A stretch of 32,000 nucleotides of DNA from an uncultured Erysipelotrichaceae bacterium (GCA_942493105.1 OW818668.1:780001-812000); one strand, 5' to 3'; positions 9,140 to 20,424 are shown, counted from the stretch's first letter. Translations and numbers: made by a program. The notes: generated by a model not told the origin, from the letters alone.

Positions 9140-10252
9140 ATGGCGAACGCACTTGGTATCGTCAGTTATGACGATTTTATTGAAATTCCTGGCATGAATG
9201 ATTCTCGTTCTATGCCTTCAGTTTCTTTCTTAGGACGTTATCGTCTCATTGATTTCGTACTCAGTAATTTAACCAATTCTGGGATTTCTAGCATTCAAGT
9301 TTACTTGAAGTATAGACCTAGATCTGTCATTGAACATATTGGGACTGGCCGTCACTACAACATCAATTCTAAAAGTGGTAAGCTTCGTATTTTGACCGGT
9401 GAAACCAATGTGCATAACGAAATATATCACCATGATATTGCAGCTTATATCGCCAATATGCAGTTTATTGAAGAAGCACACCAAGACTATGTCATCATTG
9501 CCCCAAGTTATATGATTTATCGAATCAATTTTGAAGAGGTATTAGAAGCACACATTGAAAGCAAAGCTGACATCACCATGCTATATAAGACGGTTGATAA
9601 TGCAGATACTGCTTTTGCTCGAGTCGCAACCTTATCCATTGATAAACCAAGGAAAGTTGCTGCGATAGAAACCAACCAAGGTAAATTTAAAAACAGACAC
9701 ATCTCTTTATCGACCTATGTCATGAGTCGAGAAAATTTTATGACTTTAGTTCATTTGGCCAATGAAACATCCAGTTTGTTTACTTTAAGAGACATCATTC
9801 GTGATCAATTACCTATGATGAATGTTGTGGGATATCCTGTCAAAGGCTATGTAGCATGCATCAACTCACTTGAAGAATATCATCGGGTTTCATTAGAGCT
9901 CACCAATTATCAAGTTTCAAAGACCTTATTTGATCCGTCTTGGCCAATTCACACACGTACCAATGACTCTTGTCCAACTCGCTATACCAAAACAGCAGAT
10001 GTAAGTTCTTCAGTCGTCGCAAACAATTGTTTGATTGAAGGCACGGTTAAACACAGTGTCATCGGTAGAGATGTTGTGATTCAAAAAGGAGCACTCATTG
10101 AAGACTGCGTCATTATGGCGAATACGATCATCGGAGAAAACGTTCATTTAAAAAATGTTGTCGTCGATAAATTTGCCAAGATCAATCATAAAGTTGAGCT
10201 CATCGGAACACTCGATAAGATCGTCTATGTAAAACGAAAGGATAAGATATAA
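9140..10252 (+). CDS. glgD: glucose-1-phosphate adenylyltransferase, GlgD subunit
   Basis: It is a paralogue of GlgC that lacks the GGxGxRL motif (FLGRYRLIDFVLSN is retained). It sits between glgC and glgA, as in Bacillus-type glg operons. Confidence 0.85.
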   Translation: MANALGIVSYDDFIEIPGMNDSRSMPSVSFLGRYRLIDFVLSNLTNSGISSIQVYLKYRPRSVIEHIGTGRHYNINSKSGKLRILTGETNVHNEIYHHDIAAYIANMQFIEEAHQDYVIIAPSYMIYRINFEEVLEAHIESKADITMLYKTVDNADTAFARVATLSIDKPRKVAAIETNQGKFKNRHISLSTYVMSRENFMTLVHLANETSSLFTLRDIIRDQLPMMNVVGYPVKGYVACINSLEEYHRVSLELTNYQVSKTLFDPSWPIHTRTNDSCPTRYTKTADVSSSVVANNCLIEGTVKHSVIGRDVVIQKGALIEDCVIMANTIIGENVHLKNVVVDKFAKINHKVELIGTLDKIVYVKRKDKI

Positions 10253-11685
10253 TGAAAAAAATCCTCTTTGTCGCTTCAGAAGGACTGCCGTTTGTTAAAA
10301 CTGGAGGTCTTGCAGATGTCATCGGATCGTTGCCACAAGCACTTCATCGTGAAGGTTTTAATGCGAGTGTGGTAATGCCGTTGTATTTGAAGACGGCGAA
10401 GACGATGCATGATTCTTTAGTTAAGGTCAAGACATTTAAAGTCAAAGTTGGAATATTTGATACGATCGCAACTGTGTATGTCAAAACCATCGACGAGATC
10501 GATTATTACTTGATTGAACATGCGGCTTATTTTGAAAGAGAAGGCTATTATGGTTATCCCGATGATGGAGAAAGATTTTCTTTCTTTCAGCATGCTGTCA
10601 TGCGAATGATCGAAGAGAAAGTTATTGAACCAGATGTCGTGCATGCCCATGATTGGCATACCGGATTGATCCCTTTGTTTGTTAAGACTTTGTATAAAGA
10701 TCGTATTCAACATCCTTTGACTATTTTTACGATACACAATCTTTTCTTCCAAGGATGTTTTCCATATTCCATGCTAGAAAGCTGTGTAGGCTTACCCAAC
10801 AACTATTATTTTGATGGATCACTGCGCTTTAAAGACGGAATCAGTTTTATGAAGGCAGGGATCTTATATGCAGATCTTGTGACTACGGTATCAGAAACCT
10901 ATTCCCAGGAAATATTAACACCTGAGTTTGGTGAAAACATGGAAGAAGTCTTAAAGTTACGTAAGAAAGATCTCTATGGAATCGTCAACGGAATCGATAC
11001 GAAAGAATGGAATCCAGCGACAGATCGTCACCTGAGCGCCAACTATCAACTTAGAAATGTGTCCAAAGGCAAACAAATCAACAAATTAGCCATTCAAAAA
11101 GAATTGGGTTTACGTCAAGATCCTAATGTCTTACTGTTGGCCATGGTGTCACGTTTGACCGATCAAAAAGGAATCTGGCTTATCTTACAATCACTGACTC
11201 AAATCATGGGTTGGGACATCCAGTTGATCATTTTAGGGACAGGGGATCAACATGTTGAAAGTCAGCTTAAAACGATTGAATATCGTTTCCCGCAAAGAGC
11301 AGTATTCTATTGTGGTTACAATGAAGCTTTAGCACATAAAATTTATGCAGGATCTGATGTCTTCTTGATGCCTTCATTGTTTGAACCTTGTGGGATATCC
11401 CAACTCATATCGATGCATTATGGGACCTTACCTTTGGTTCGTGAAACAGGTGGCTTAAAAGACACAGTTGAGCCATATAATGAACACACCAAAGAAGGAA
11501 CAGGCTTTACTTTTGCTCCTTTTAGTGTCGATGACTTCAAGCATGTCTTGTGGTTGGCTTATGAGGTTTATACCTTTAGGCACAATGACTTCAAGACCAT
11601 GATCAAACAAGCCATGAGGAAAGATGTCTCGTGGGACAAATCTGCCAAAGCCTACGCAAAACTCATCCATAAAAGACTTAAATAA
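10252..11685 (+). CDS. glgA: glycogen synthase (ADP-glucose type)
   Basis: The KTGGLADV (KxGGL) motif lies near the N-terminus. The protein is 477 aa with a GT5 layout. Its ATG overlaps the glgD stop by 1 nt. Confidence 0.9.
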   Translation: MKKILFVASEGLPFVKTGGLADVIGSLPQALHREGFNASVVMPLYLKTAKTMHDSLVKVKTFKVKVGIFDTIATVYVKTIDEIDYYLIEHAAYFEREGYYGYPDDGERFSFFQHAVMRMIEEKVIEPDVVHAHDWHTGLIPLFVKTLYKDRIQHPLTIFTIHNLFFQGCFPYSMLESCVGLPNNYYFDGSLRFKDGISFMKAGILYADLVTTVSETYSQEILTPEFGENMEEVLKLRKKDLYGIVNGIDTKEWNPATDRHLSANYQLRNVSKGKQINKLAIQKELGLRQDPNVLLLAMVSRLTDQKGIWLILQSLTQIMGWDIQLIILGTGDQHVESQLKTIEYRFPQRAVFYCGYNEALAHKIYAGSDVFLMPSLFEPCGISQLISMHYGTLPLVRETGGLKDTVEPYNEHTKEGTGFTFAPFSVDDFKHVLWLAYEVYTFRHNDFKTMIKQAMRKDVSWDKSAKAYAKLIHKRLK

Positions 11686-11706
11686 AGGGAGAAATCCCTT
11701 TTATTT
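11684..11706 (+). terminator. intrinsic terminator after glgA
   Basis: Stem AAAGGGA (11684-11690), loop GAAA, stem TCCCTTT (11695-11701), followed by a T-rich tail. Confidence 0.6.
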
Positions 11707-11711
11707 ACGTG

Positions 11712-11725
11712 TGAAAACGTTGACA
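11712..11725. promoter_or_regulatory. candidate catabolite-responsive element (cre, CcpA site)
   Basis: TGAAAACGTTGACA matches the classical cre consensus TGWAANCGNTNWCA at 14 of 14 positions. It lies upstream of the predicted pgk promoter. Confidence 0.5.
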
Positions 11726-11741
11726 AAGAAGGCAAAAAGCG

Positions 11742-11770
11742 TTGAGATAAGCTGAGCATAATGGTATAAT
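11742..11770 (+). promoter_or_regulatory. sigma-A-type promoter for pgk-tpiA-eno
   Basis: The -35 is TTGAGA (11742-11747), followed by a 17-nt spacer and the -10 TATAAT (11765-11770). TG at 11762-11763 gives an extended -10 (TGgTATAAT). AGGAGG RBS and ATG 11796 follow. Confidence 0.6.
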
Positions 11771-11795
11771 CTTTACGAATTAGGAGGAACCTAAA

Positions 11796-12992
11796 ATGGC
11801 AAAAAAGACCATTAGAGATTTGCAAGTCAAAGGTAAACGCGTGATCGTGAGAGTCGACTTTAACGTCCCCATTAAAGATGGTGTCGTCAAAGATGAAAAT
11901 CGTATCGTTCAAGCCTTACCTACCATCACGTATTTGGTAGAACACGGCGCAAGAATCATCCTCTTGTCCCATTTAGGCAAAGTCGATCATAAGGATCCGA
12001 CCAAAACCGATGCTGATAAAGCCAAAAATAACATGGCTCCTGTCGCTGCAAAATTGCAGGGACACTTGTCCACGAAAGTCACTTTTGTGGCAGAAACACG
12101 CGGACCTGTGCTTGAAAAAGCAGTCGCAGAATTGAAAGACGGAGAAATCGTCGTCGTTCAAAATACCCGTTATGAAAAAGGCGAAGAAAAGAATGATCCC
12201 GAATTATCAAAATATTGGGCATCCTTAGGCGAACTCTTTGTAACTGATGCATTTGGATCTGTTCATAGAGCTCATGCTTCAACCGTAGGTATTCCGCAAA
12301 TCTTGCCGAATGCTTTGGGTTTCTTAGTTGAAAAAGAAGTAAAAATGTTATCCAAGGCTGTATTTGATCCTGAAAAGCCGTTCGTTGCGATTTTGGGTGG
12401 AGCCAAGGTATCTGATAAAATCAAGGTTATTGAAAATTTATTAAAAGTCGCTGATAAAGTCATTATCGGTGGTGGCATGGCGTATACGTTCTTGAAAGCT
12501 CAAGGCAAAGAAATTGGTACTTCCTTATTGGAAGCTGACAAAGTTGAATTAGCTAAGTCCTTCCTAGAACAATTTGGATCTAAGATCGTATTGCCTGTAG
12601 ACTTTACAGTAGCTGCTGCTTTTGCTGAAGATGCAGATCATTATGTCGTCGATGCAGATCATATTCCTGCTAACTATATGGGTTTGGATATCGGACCTAA
12701 AACAATTGAGAAGTTTAGAAAAGAACTTCAAGGCGCTAAGACAGTGGTCTGGAATGGACCTATGGGTGTCTTTGAAATGAAGCCTTATGCACTAGGAACG
12801 ATTGCTGTTTGTGAAATCATGTCGTCACTACCTGATGCATATACTGTTATCGGAGGCGGAGATTCGGCCGCTGCAGCCATTGAAAACGGCTTTGAAGATG
12901 GATTTAGCCATATCTCTACTGGAGGTGGCGCATCACTTGAATTCATGGAAGGAAACCCTTTGCCTGGCATTGAGGTTATTGAAGAAATCTAA
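11796..12992 (+). CDS. pgk: phosphoglycerate kinase
   Basis: The sequence is unmistakably PGK ([37 protein letters not shown]). Confidence 0.97.
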   Translation: MAKKTIRDLQVKGKRVIVRVDFNVPIKDGVVKDENRIVQALPTITYLVEHGARIILLSHLGKVDHKDPTKTDADKAKNNMAPVAAKLQGHLSTKVTFVAETRGPVLEKAVAELKDGEIVVVQNTRYEKGEEKNDPELSKYWASLGELFVTDAFGSVHRAHASTVGIPQILPNALGFLVEKEVKMLSKAVFDPEKPFVAILGGAKVSDKIKVIENLLKVADKVIIGGGMAYTFLKAQGKEIGTSLLEADKVELAKSFLEQFGSKIVLPVDFTVAAAFAEDADHYVVDADHIPANYMGLDIGPKTIEKFRKELQGAKTVVWNGPMGVFEMKPYALGTIAVCEIMSSLPDAYTVIGGGDSAAAAIENGFEDGFSHISTGGGASLEFMEGNPLPGIEVIEEI

Positions 12993-13739
12993 ATGAGAAA
13001 ACCAATCATTATTGGGAATTGGAAGTTGAATAAGACCATTTCGGAGGCTTTAAGTTTTATTGAAGCGATTGATCCGTTGGTTCATGATCAAGCAGACTTT
13101 GGGATTGCAGCGCCGTATTTGGCCCTTGAAAAATCGGTTAAAGCAGCGAAACATTTAATCGTATCGGCAGAAAATGTTGCCTTTGCGGAAAGCGGAGCTT
13201 TTACTGGTGAAGTCAGTGTTGCGATGCTGAAAGAAATCGGTGTTCAATGGACTTTGATTGGACATTCTGAACGTCGCCAATATTTTGGTGAAACCGATGA
13301 AACCGTCAATAAGAAAGTCTTGTTGAGTGTTAGAAATAACTTAAGACCAATTATTTGTGTTGGTGAAACTTTGGCTCAATTTGAAGCCGGTGAGACTGAA
13401 AAAGTCGTTAGGACTCAAACTGCAGCTGCACTTAATGGATTGACTTCGGAAGAAGTATCAAAACTGGTGTTGGCTTATGAACCGGTTTGGGCCATTGGGA
13501 CAGGTAAGAATGCCACCAAAGAAATTGCACAATCTACCTGTGCCATTATCCGTCATGAAGTAGAAGTTCATTTTGGTAAGAGTGCCGCAGAAGCTCTTCG
13601 TATCCAATACGGAGGCAGTGTCAAACCTGAAAACATCAAAGAATACTTGTCTGAAAAAGATGTTGATGGAGCTTTGATTGGCGGTGCTTCGCTTAAAGTA
13701 GATTCATTTACAGCGATCATTGATGCGCTGAAGGCATAA
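12993..13739 (+). CDS. tpiA: triose-phosphate isomerase
   Basis: TIM motifs are present: IIGNWKLN, LIGHSERR, AYEPVWAIGTG, QYGGSV. The ATG directly abuts the pgk stop. Confidence 0.97.
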   Translation: MRKPIIIGNWKLNKTISEALSFIEAIDPLVHDQADFGIAAPYLALEKSVKAAKHLIVSAENVAFAESGAFTGEVSVAMLKEIGVQWTLIGHSERRQYFGETDETVNKKVLLSVRNNLRPIICVGETLAQFEAGETEKVVRTQTAAALNGLTSEEVSKLVLAYEPVWAIGTGKNATKEIAQSTCAIIRHEVEVHFGKSAAEALRIQYGGSVKPENIKEYLSEKDVDGALIGGASLKVDSFTAIIDALKA

Positions 13740-15047
<1,308 letters not shown>

Positions 15048-15050
15048 TCT

Positions 15051-15086
15051 AAAGAACTCTGTGTGAAAGCACAGAGTTCTTTTTTA
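15051..15086 (+). terminator. intrinsic terminator after eno
   Basis: Perfect 11-bp stem AGAACTCTGTG (15053-15063) pairs with CACAGAGTTCT (15070-15080). The loop is TGAAAG, followed by T5. Confidence 0.85.
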
Positions 15087-15141
15087 GTCATTTGGGCATA
15101 TTTATTGGGTAACTTATGAAATACTGATGATAGAGGACCAT

Positions 15142-15543
15142 ATGAACAAAATTTATCTTAATCTACCCGTTAAGAATGTAAGTAAATCTGTCGCTTTTTA
15201 TACTGGATTAGGTTTTGTCGAAAACGAGAATTTTAGATCAGATAATACAGCTTGTGTTGTTTTAGGTGAAATCACAGTTATGCTTTTAGAGCATGCTCGT
15301 TTTAGTGATTTTACACCCTTAAGAATTATTGATCCTACACGTGAAGTTCAAGCATTATTTTCTTTTACGGTTGATTCTCGAGTTGAAGTCGATCGGATCA
15401 CTGATAAGGCCTTGTCTTTGGGAGCTATTGAGCCTAGTCCTAAAGAAGATTATCCGTATATGTATGGGCGCAGTTTCATAGATCCAGATGGCCATCTTTG
15501 GGGACCTTTCTTCTATGATGAAACGGCTTTAACTAAAGAGTAA
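15142..15543 (+). CDS. VOC (glyoxalase/bleomycin-resistance fold) family protein
   Basis: The N-terminus NLPVKNVSKSVAFYTGLGF and the C-terminal IDPDGHLW are typical of small glyoxalase-like proteins. I prefer start ATG 15142. Confidence 0.7.
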   Translation: MNKIYLNLPVKNVSKSVAFYTGLGFVENENFRSDNTACVVLGEITVMLLEHARFSDFTPLRIIDPTREVQALFSFTVDSRVEVDRITDKALSLGAIEPSPKEDYPYMYGRSFIDPDGHLWGPFFYDETALTKE

Positions 15544-15550
15544 ACTCAAC

Positions 15551-15579
15551 TTGTCAAACAAGAGCAGATGGTTTATAAT
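15551..15579 (+). promoter_or_regulatory. sigma-A-type promoter for secG(-rnr-smpB)
   Basis: TTGTCA (15551-15556), a 17-nt spacer, then TATAAT (15574-15579). Confidence 0.6.
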
Positions 15580-15604
15580 GGTTAAGCACTATTAAGGAGT
15601 ACTC

Positions 15605-15856
15605 ATGGAGACCTTTTTAAAAATTCTTCCCCCCATACTTGATGTTATTCTGATGGCTGTTGCGATTGCGTTGATTTTGCTTTCTTTACTTCAAAGCGGG
15701 AAATCAGATGGGATCAGTAGCGCATTTTCAGGAAGCGGTGGTTTGAACCTGTTTGCGAATGTAAAAGAACGAGGCGCTGAGAAGTTTATCTCAAGGGCTA
15801 CTCTGTGGCTTGGCATCGTGTTCTTTGTCTTGGTTATCGTTGTACAAATCATCTAA
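15605..15856 (+). CDS. secG: preprotein translocase subunit SecG
   Basis: The 83-aa protein has two TM segments flanking LLQSGKSDGISSAFSGSGG, the typical SecG Gly-rich loop. AAGGAG RBS precedes the start. Confidence 0.85.
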   Translation: METFLKILPPILDVILMAVAIALILLSLLQSGKSDGISSAFSGSGGLNLFANVKERGAEKFISRATLWLGIVFFVLVIVVQII

Positions 15857-15876
15857 AAGACCGAAAGGTCTTTTTG
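15855..15876 (+). terminator. short hairpin / weak terminator after secG
   Basis: AAAAGACC-GAAA-GGTCTTTTT. The GC core is short, so read-through into rnr (17 nt downstream) is likely. Confidence 0.45.
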
Positions 15877-15892
15877 TTTCTAAGGGAGACTC

Positions 15893-17953
15893 ATGATCAA
15901 TCAAAGTGAATTTCTAGAATTGATTAAAACTCAGAATAAACCCTATACAGCTCAAGAATGGGCCAGTAAACTCAACTTGCAGTATTCATCGGATATGCAT
16001 GCCTTTTTAATGATGATTCATCGTATGGAAGATGAGGCCATCATTACTTATACCAACAAACAAAAAATCGTATTGATTGAAGATGCGGATTTCTTAAGAG
16101 GCATCTTATCTGTTAATCCAAAAGGATATGGTTTTGTAGATAATGAAGATCAACATGTGTATGTTCAAGAAGAGAAATTTCATACGGCTATGCATGGAGA
16201 TGAAGTGTTGGTCAAGGTCAAAGAGCTGCAAGATGGATCCACAATGGGCGAAATCAAGAAAGTTGTCAAACGCAACTTGACCCAATTAGTGGCTGTTTAT
16301 TATGATCAACATTTGATTCCTAAAGATCGTCGTATTCTTGTTCCCTTACAACTAACCACTGAACATATCTTTGGAGAAGGTCAGTTGGTGTTACTGGATG
16401 TGGTAAGTTATGGAGAAGTTCTTAAAGTTAAAATCAACAAGCATTTGGGTCATGAGAATGATCCTGGTGCAGATGTTTTAAGCATATTGATGACCCATCG
16501 AATTCCGCTTGACTTCCCTGAAAGTGTTTTGCGGTCCGTTGAAAAAATGCCTTTGAAAGTGTTACCTGAAGATTTGGTTGGAAGAGTCGACTATCGAAAA
16601 GATCAAATCGTAACGATTGATGGTGAAGATGCGAAAGATTTTGATGATGCGATCCATGTTGTGTATGATCATCAAAGTTATACCTTATATGTACATATCG
16701 CTGATGTGAGTCATTATGTAACTCAAAATAGTCCTATTGATCTTGAAGCTCAAAACAGGACCACATCGGTTTATGTGGTCGATCGTGTTGTACCGATGCT
16801 TCCTTTTGAGTTGTCCAATGGTTTATGTTCACTCAAAGAAGGCGAAGATCGTTTAACATTGACTTGTAAAATGAAAATCGATGCGAATGGGGAAGTTAGC
16901 GATTATGAAATCCATCCTTCCGTCATTAATTCTGCGAAACGGTTGACATATACCCAAGTTAATCAATTGTTTAATCAAGAAGCTGTTGATTTATCCGAAC
17001 CAATTAAGGCGATGTTGATGCAAATGAGAGACTTATCACACATCATTAGACAAAATCGCGAAGGCAAAGGAGCCATTGATTTTGATACGGTTGAATCGAA
17101 ATTTACAGTAGATGAACAAGGCGAAGTCATCAATATTCAACCTCGCACACGTGGTGAAGCAGAAATGTTGATTGAAGATTTTATGGTCAAAGCCAATGAG
17201 ACTGTAGCTCAACATTGTCGCTATTTGGATATACCTATTTTATATCGCGTTCATGATGCTCCGCAAAAACGCAGACTTGCAGAATTCTCTAAAGTCATGT
17301 TGGCTTTTGGAGTTAAATTAAAAGGGGCTGAACATTCTCCTTCTGTCATTCAAAATATCATCGCTCAATTCAAAGACAAAGAAGAGTATGGGGTAGTCAA
17401 TGAAATGCTTTTAAGGTCGATGAGTAAAGCCAAGTATGATTTTAGACCTTTAGGTCATTATGGTTTAGCGTTAGATAATTATTGTCATTTTACATCACCA
17501 ATTCGTCGTTATCCTGACTTAATCGTTCATAGAATGCTTAGGAAAGTTTTCTTTGAACATAATAATGCTGATATCAAGAATGATGAGTCGTGGGTTGAAA
17601 TGATGGGTTTTAAGTGTTCTCTAGGTGAACAAAGAGCAGTTGAAGCTGAGCGTGATACTGAGGATATGAAGCAAGCTCAATACATGAGTAAGCATGTAGG
17701 TGAGACCTTTGATGGGTTGATTGCAGCAGTTACGAAGTTTGGATTCTTTGTTAGATTACCCAATAGTGTTGAAGGTTTGGTCCATGTTCGTAATCTTGAT
17801 GATTACTATACTTTTGATGAAACGAGACTTGTTTTAAGATCTACCTATAAATCTTATTCTATCGGTCAAAAAGTACGAGTAAAAGTCATCAGTGCTGATA
17901 AAGAGAAGGCCACGATCGATTTTGTTGTGGTAGAATCAAGAAAGAGATTCTAA
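15893..17953 (+). CDS. rnr: ribonuclease R
   Basis: It has the RNB-domain motifs (TIDGEDAKDFDDAI, SPIRRYPDLIVHR), N-terminal cold-shock-like domains and a C-terminal S1 domain (GFFVRLPNSVEGLVHV). It sits in the classical rnr-smpB position. Confidence 0.92.
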   Translation: MINQSEFLELIKTQNKPYTAQEWASKLNLQYSSDMHAFLMMIHRMEDEAIITYTNKQKIVLIEDADFLRGILSVNPKGYGFVDNEDQHVYVQEEKFHTAMHGDEVLVKVKELQDGSTMGEIKKVVKRNLTQLVAVYYDQHLIPKDRRILVPLQLTTEHIFGEGQLVLLDVVSYGEVLKVKINKHLGHENDPGADVLSILMTHRIPLDFPESVLRSVEKMPLKVLPEDLVGRVDYRKDQIVTIDGEDAKDFDDAIHVVYDHQSYTLYVHIADVSHYVTQNSPIDLEAQNRTTSVYVVDRVVPMLPFELSNGLCSLKEGEDRLTLTCKMKIDANGEVSDYEIHPSVINSAKRLTYTQVNQLFNQEAVDLSEPIKAMLMQMRDLSHIIRQNREGKGAIDFDTVESKFTVDEQGEVINIQPRTRGEAEMLIEDFMVKANETVAQHCRYLDIPILYRVHDAPQKRRLAEFSKVMLAFGVKLKGAEHSPSVIQNIIAQFKDKEEYGVVNEMLLRSMSKAKYDFRPLGHYGLALDNYCHFTSPIRRYPDLIVHRMLRKVFFEHNNADIKNDESWVEMMGFKCSLGEQRAVEAERDTEDMKQAQYMSKHVGETFDGLIAAVTKFGFFVRLPNSVEGLVHVRNLDDYYTFDETRLVLRSTYKSYSIGQKVRVKVISADKEKATIDFVVVESRKRF

Positions 17954-17955
17954 CT

Positions 17956-18408
17956 ATGGCAATCAAACAAGTTTCTTTTAATCGTAAAGCTCTTCATGAA
18001 TATCTTATTCTCGAGAAGTTTGAAGCGGGGATGGTTTTAATGGGCACAGAAATAAAGTCAATCAGAAAAGGTTCTGTTCAGTTTAAAGATGCTTATGTGA
18101 CTTTTATCAATCATGAAGCTTTTATCAAAGAAATGTATATTGCGCCATATGAAGAAGGTAATCGCTTTAATCATGAAGAGACACGCGAAAGAAAATTACT
18201 TCTGCATGATCATGAGATCTTGAAGTTAGAGCGTAAAGTAAAATTAAAAGGCTTTACTGTTGTGCCTTTATCACTTTACTTAAAAGATGGTCGCGCGAAA
18301 TTAGAAATTGCACTAGCTCAAGGTAAAAACATTCATGATAAGCGAGAATCAGATAAAGAAAGAGATGCTCAACGAGAAATCGATAAAGTCATGAAGAACA
18401 ATAGATAG
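17956..18408 (+). CDS. smpB: SsrA-binding protein SmpB
   Basis: The 150-aa protein has NRKALHEYLILEKFEAG, GTEIKS and a basic C-terminal tail, all typical of SmpB. Confidence 0.95.
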   Translation: MAIKQVSFNRKALHEYLILEKFEAGMVLMGTEIKSIRKGSVQFKDAYVTFINHEAFIKEMYIAPYEEGNRFNHEETRERKLLLHDHEILKLERKVKLKGFTVVPLSLYLKDGRAKLEIALAQGKNIHDKRESDKERDAQREIDKVMKNNR

Positions 18409-18446
18409 TTTCATCTCCTAATCAATAAGTTAAAATAAACAAAAAA

Positions 18447-18470
18447 AGCAGAATCTCACGATTCTGCTTT
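18447..18470. terminator. bidirectional terminator between convergent smpB and the DUF2207 gene
   Basis: AGCAGAATC (18447-18455) pairs with GATTCTGCT (18460-18468). An A-run lies upstream and Ts lie downstream. Confidence 0.75.
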
Positions 18471-18480
18471 CAATTATATA

Positions 18481-20394
18481 TTACCAGTGACCTCCGCCAC
18501 CGCCTCCAAAGCCGCCTCCGGAGAAACCACCACCACCGCCTCCACCAAAGCTTCCTCCAGCTCGTCCTTTAGATTGAGGAACACTGGTCATAGCACGATT
18601 CATCGTGTTCATGGTACGGTTGAAACGGTTCATAAAGAGCATTGTATTCAATTGATTTCCACCGTAATACCAAGAAGGTCCTTCAATGGCAATCGACTCA
18701 AACTTCTTGCTCCAAACATCTGTTACATTAAAGACATAGGCGTAAGGTAAGAGTTTATAGAAATAAGCAGGATCATCTTTAACCAACATTTCTAGTCGAT
18801 CTTTTTCAGCTGTTTCAATAAATTGCTTCAAGCCTAAGATCTTGCCTAAGTAATCCACACCAAGCGGAGTACGTTTATCCATATAGGCAACCAGGATGAT
18901 GTTGAGTGCACTTAAGCCAAAGGTCAATAAGACTTTTAAGATGAACTGAAGTGAAAAATCAGAACTGAGGAAGAAAATGACGATAAAGAAGATGGATGAA
19001 TAAATGATAGAGATAAATCCACAACCCATCATGGCGAAGAACCGTGCAGCTTTAGACAGTGAAGGCCAACGTTTGATCGTAATCGACCATAGTAAGACTA
19101 AGACAGTCCCGGTGATAAACACTGCAACGCCCGATACTAAAGCGACTTCTTCACGATATGTCGCTACATAAACTGAAGATGCCATAATTAATCCGGCAGG
19201 CACCATCGTAAAGAAACCAAATAGAATCTTAAAGAAAGTTGCTTTCTTACTGAAGATGTTGCGTTGAGGATTGCCATTAAAATAACGGGCAATATCCATC
19301 TTCGCATTGGCAATACTTTGATAGAAGGTGTTTTGAAGCTGCTTATTGGTGACGCTGTCACGTCCGTTAAACAAGGCATTAAACAAAGTCTTTTCTGCTC
19401 TGATCTCAGATTCGTCCATCTCCTTGACTTTGGTCAAGGTAAAGTTATCTTTGTTTAATTGATCCTCTGTGATGGTCAGATATCCTTTATTGGCCCATTC
19501 TATGATCAAAGATACAACATCCTTTGTATCAACAGAACCATCATAGATGTATCCAGCTTGAGAAGAACTGAGTCCTTTAATTGGATTGAATTCAACTGTA
19601 ATAATAGGTTTATCATCTTTCCCAAACTTCTGGAAGACAACAAACAACAAGGCACTGAATAAAGCTAAAATCAATAATGCCCAAGGTGAATAATCGGTAG
19701 GCGGGATAAAAGTAAAATAATCTCCATTATCGGACAAGTATTCATAAATGGTAATCCCAGAACGTGTTTGCATTCCCAAATCATATGAACCTGTCAATGT
19801 GTTTCCATTGATTTTATATTCAACTTGTCCTTCTACTGATGAACCATAAGGACCAGTATAGAAAGTTGGCACATTCGGCCATCCTTTAGGCAAGGTAATG
19901 CTGAAATCGACTTGTCCAATTGGATCTTCCCAACCAGTCCCAACGATGTTCATATAAAAGAGTTGGCGGCCATCCAAATCTAAATCTCGAAGTTGCATCG
20001 TATAAGAGTAATGATAGGTTTTGATTCCAGAAACTGTAACATTCTTATCTCCGATATAAATGATGTAATTATCATAATCATCAATTTCGGTAAAATAGTT
20101 ATTATTGTATACTTTCAAATTACGTACAGGAAAATAGTATTCTTTTTGAATATCTTGTCCGTCAATGGTCCAGGTGGTTGAATATGACTGAGGAACATAA
20201 ATCGTAGGACCATGGATACCAAAACCAGTAAAGTCGATGACCAAAACTGTGTCAACTTCGACCAAACCATTTTCTGTGACATTCATCTTGATGGTCATCG
20301 AGTTGATGGCAGTACCAGTATCAATTGCAGAGACTTGGACTGTTGAAAAGAAAAGTCCTATGATTAATGCTAAAAACAGTGTGATTTTTTTCAT
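18481..20394 (-). CDS. DUF2207-type polytopic membrane protein with a Gly-rich C-terminal tail
   Basis: I prefer start ATG 20394, which gives a classical signal peptide (MKKITLFLALIIGLFFSTVQVSA). The layout is an ectodomain of about 270 aa, one TM, a loop of about 130 aa, four more TMs, and the tail GGSFGGGGGGGFSGGGFGGGGGGHW. This architecture and the LemA neighbour fit my recollection of DUF2207 / E. coli YciQ-like proteins. Confidence 0.7.
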   Translation of the reverse strand: MKKITLFLALIIGLFFSTVQVSAIDTGTAINSMTIKMNVTENGLVEVDTVLVIDFTGFGIHGPTIYVPQSYSTTWTIDGQDIQKEYYFPVRNLKVYNNNYFTEIDDYDNYIIYIGDKNVTVSGIKTYHYSYTMQLRDLDLDGRQLFYMNIVGTGWEDPIGQVDFSITLPKGWPNVPTFYTGPYGSSVEGQVEYKINGNTLTGSYDLGMQTRSGITIYEYLSDNGDYFTFIPPTDYSPWALLILALFSALLFVVFQKFGKDDKPIITVEFNPIKGLSSSQAGYIYDGSVDTKDVVSLIIEWANKGYLTITEDQLNKDNFTLTKVKEMDESEIRAEKTLFNALFNGRDSVTNKQLQNTFYQSIANAKMDIARYFNGNPQRNIFSKKATFFKILFGFFTMVPAGLIMASSVYVATYREEVALVSGVAVFITGTVLVLLWSITIKRWPSLSKAARFFAMMGCGFISIIYSSIFFIVIFFLSSDFSLQFILKVLLTFGLSALNIILVAYMDKRTPLGVDYLGKILGLKQFIETAEKDRLEMLVKDDPAYFYKLLPYAYVFNVTDVWSKKFESIAIEGPSWYYGGNQLNTMLFMNRFNRTMNTMNRAMTSVPQSKGRAGGSFGGGGGGGFSGGGFGGGGGGHW

Positions 20395-20404
20395 GGTGAT
20401 AAAA

Positions 20405-20424
20405 AAGGGAGAGTCTCCCTTTTT
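20405..20424 (-). terminator. intercistronic terminator-like hairpin between lemA and the DUF2207 gene
   Basis: On the minus strand it reads TAA-AAAGGGAG-ACT-CTCCCTTTTTT-ATCACC-ATG. The 5-bp GC stem can be extended by A/T pairs and is followed by T6. It fills almost the whole 28-nt gap between the two genes. Confidence 0.35.

Noticed and set aside
18487-18750. An 87-aa plus-strand ORF rich in Ser/Thr/Ala (MTSATASKAASGETTTTAST...).
   Set aside because: It is the mirror image of the GGN-rich 3' end of the DUF2207 gene. It has no RBS and is a low-complexity artefact.
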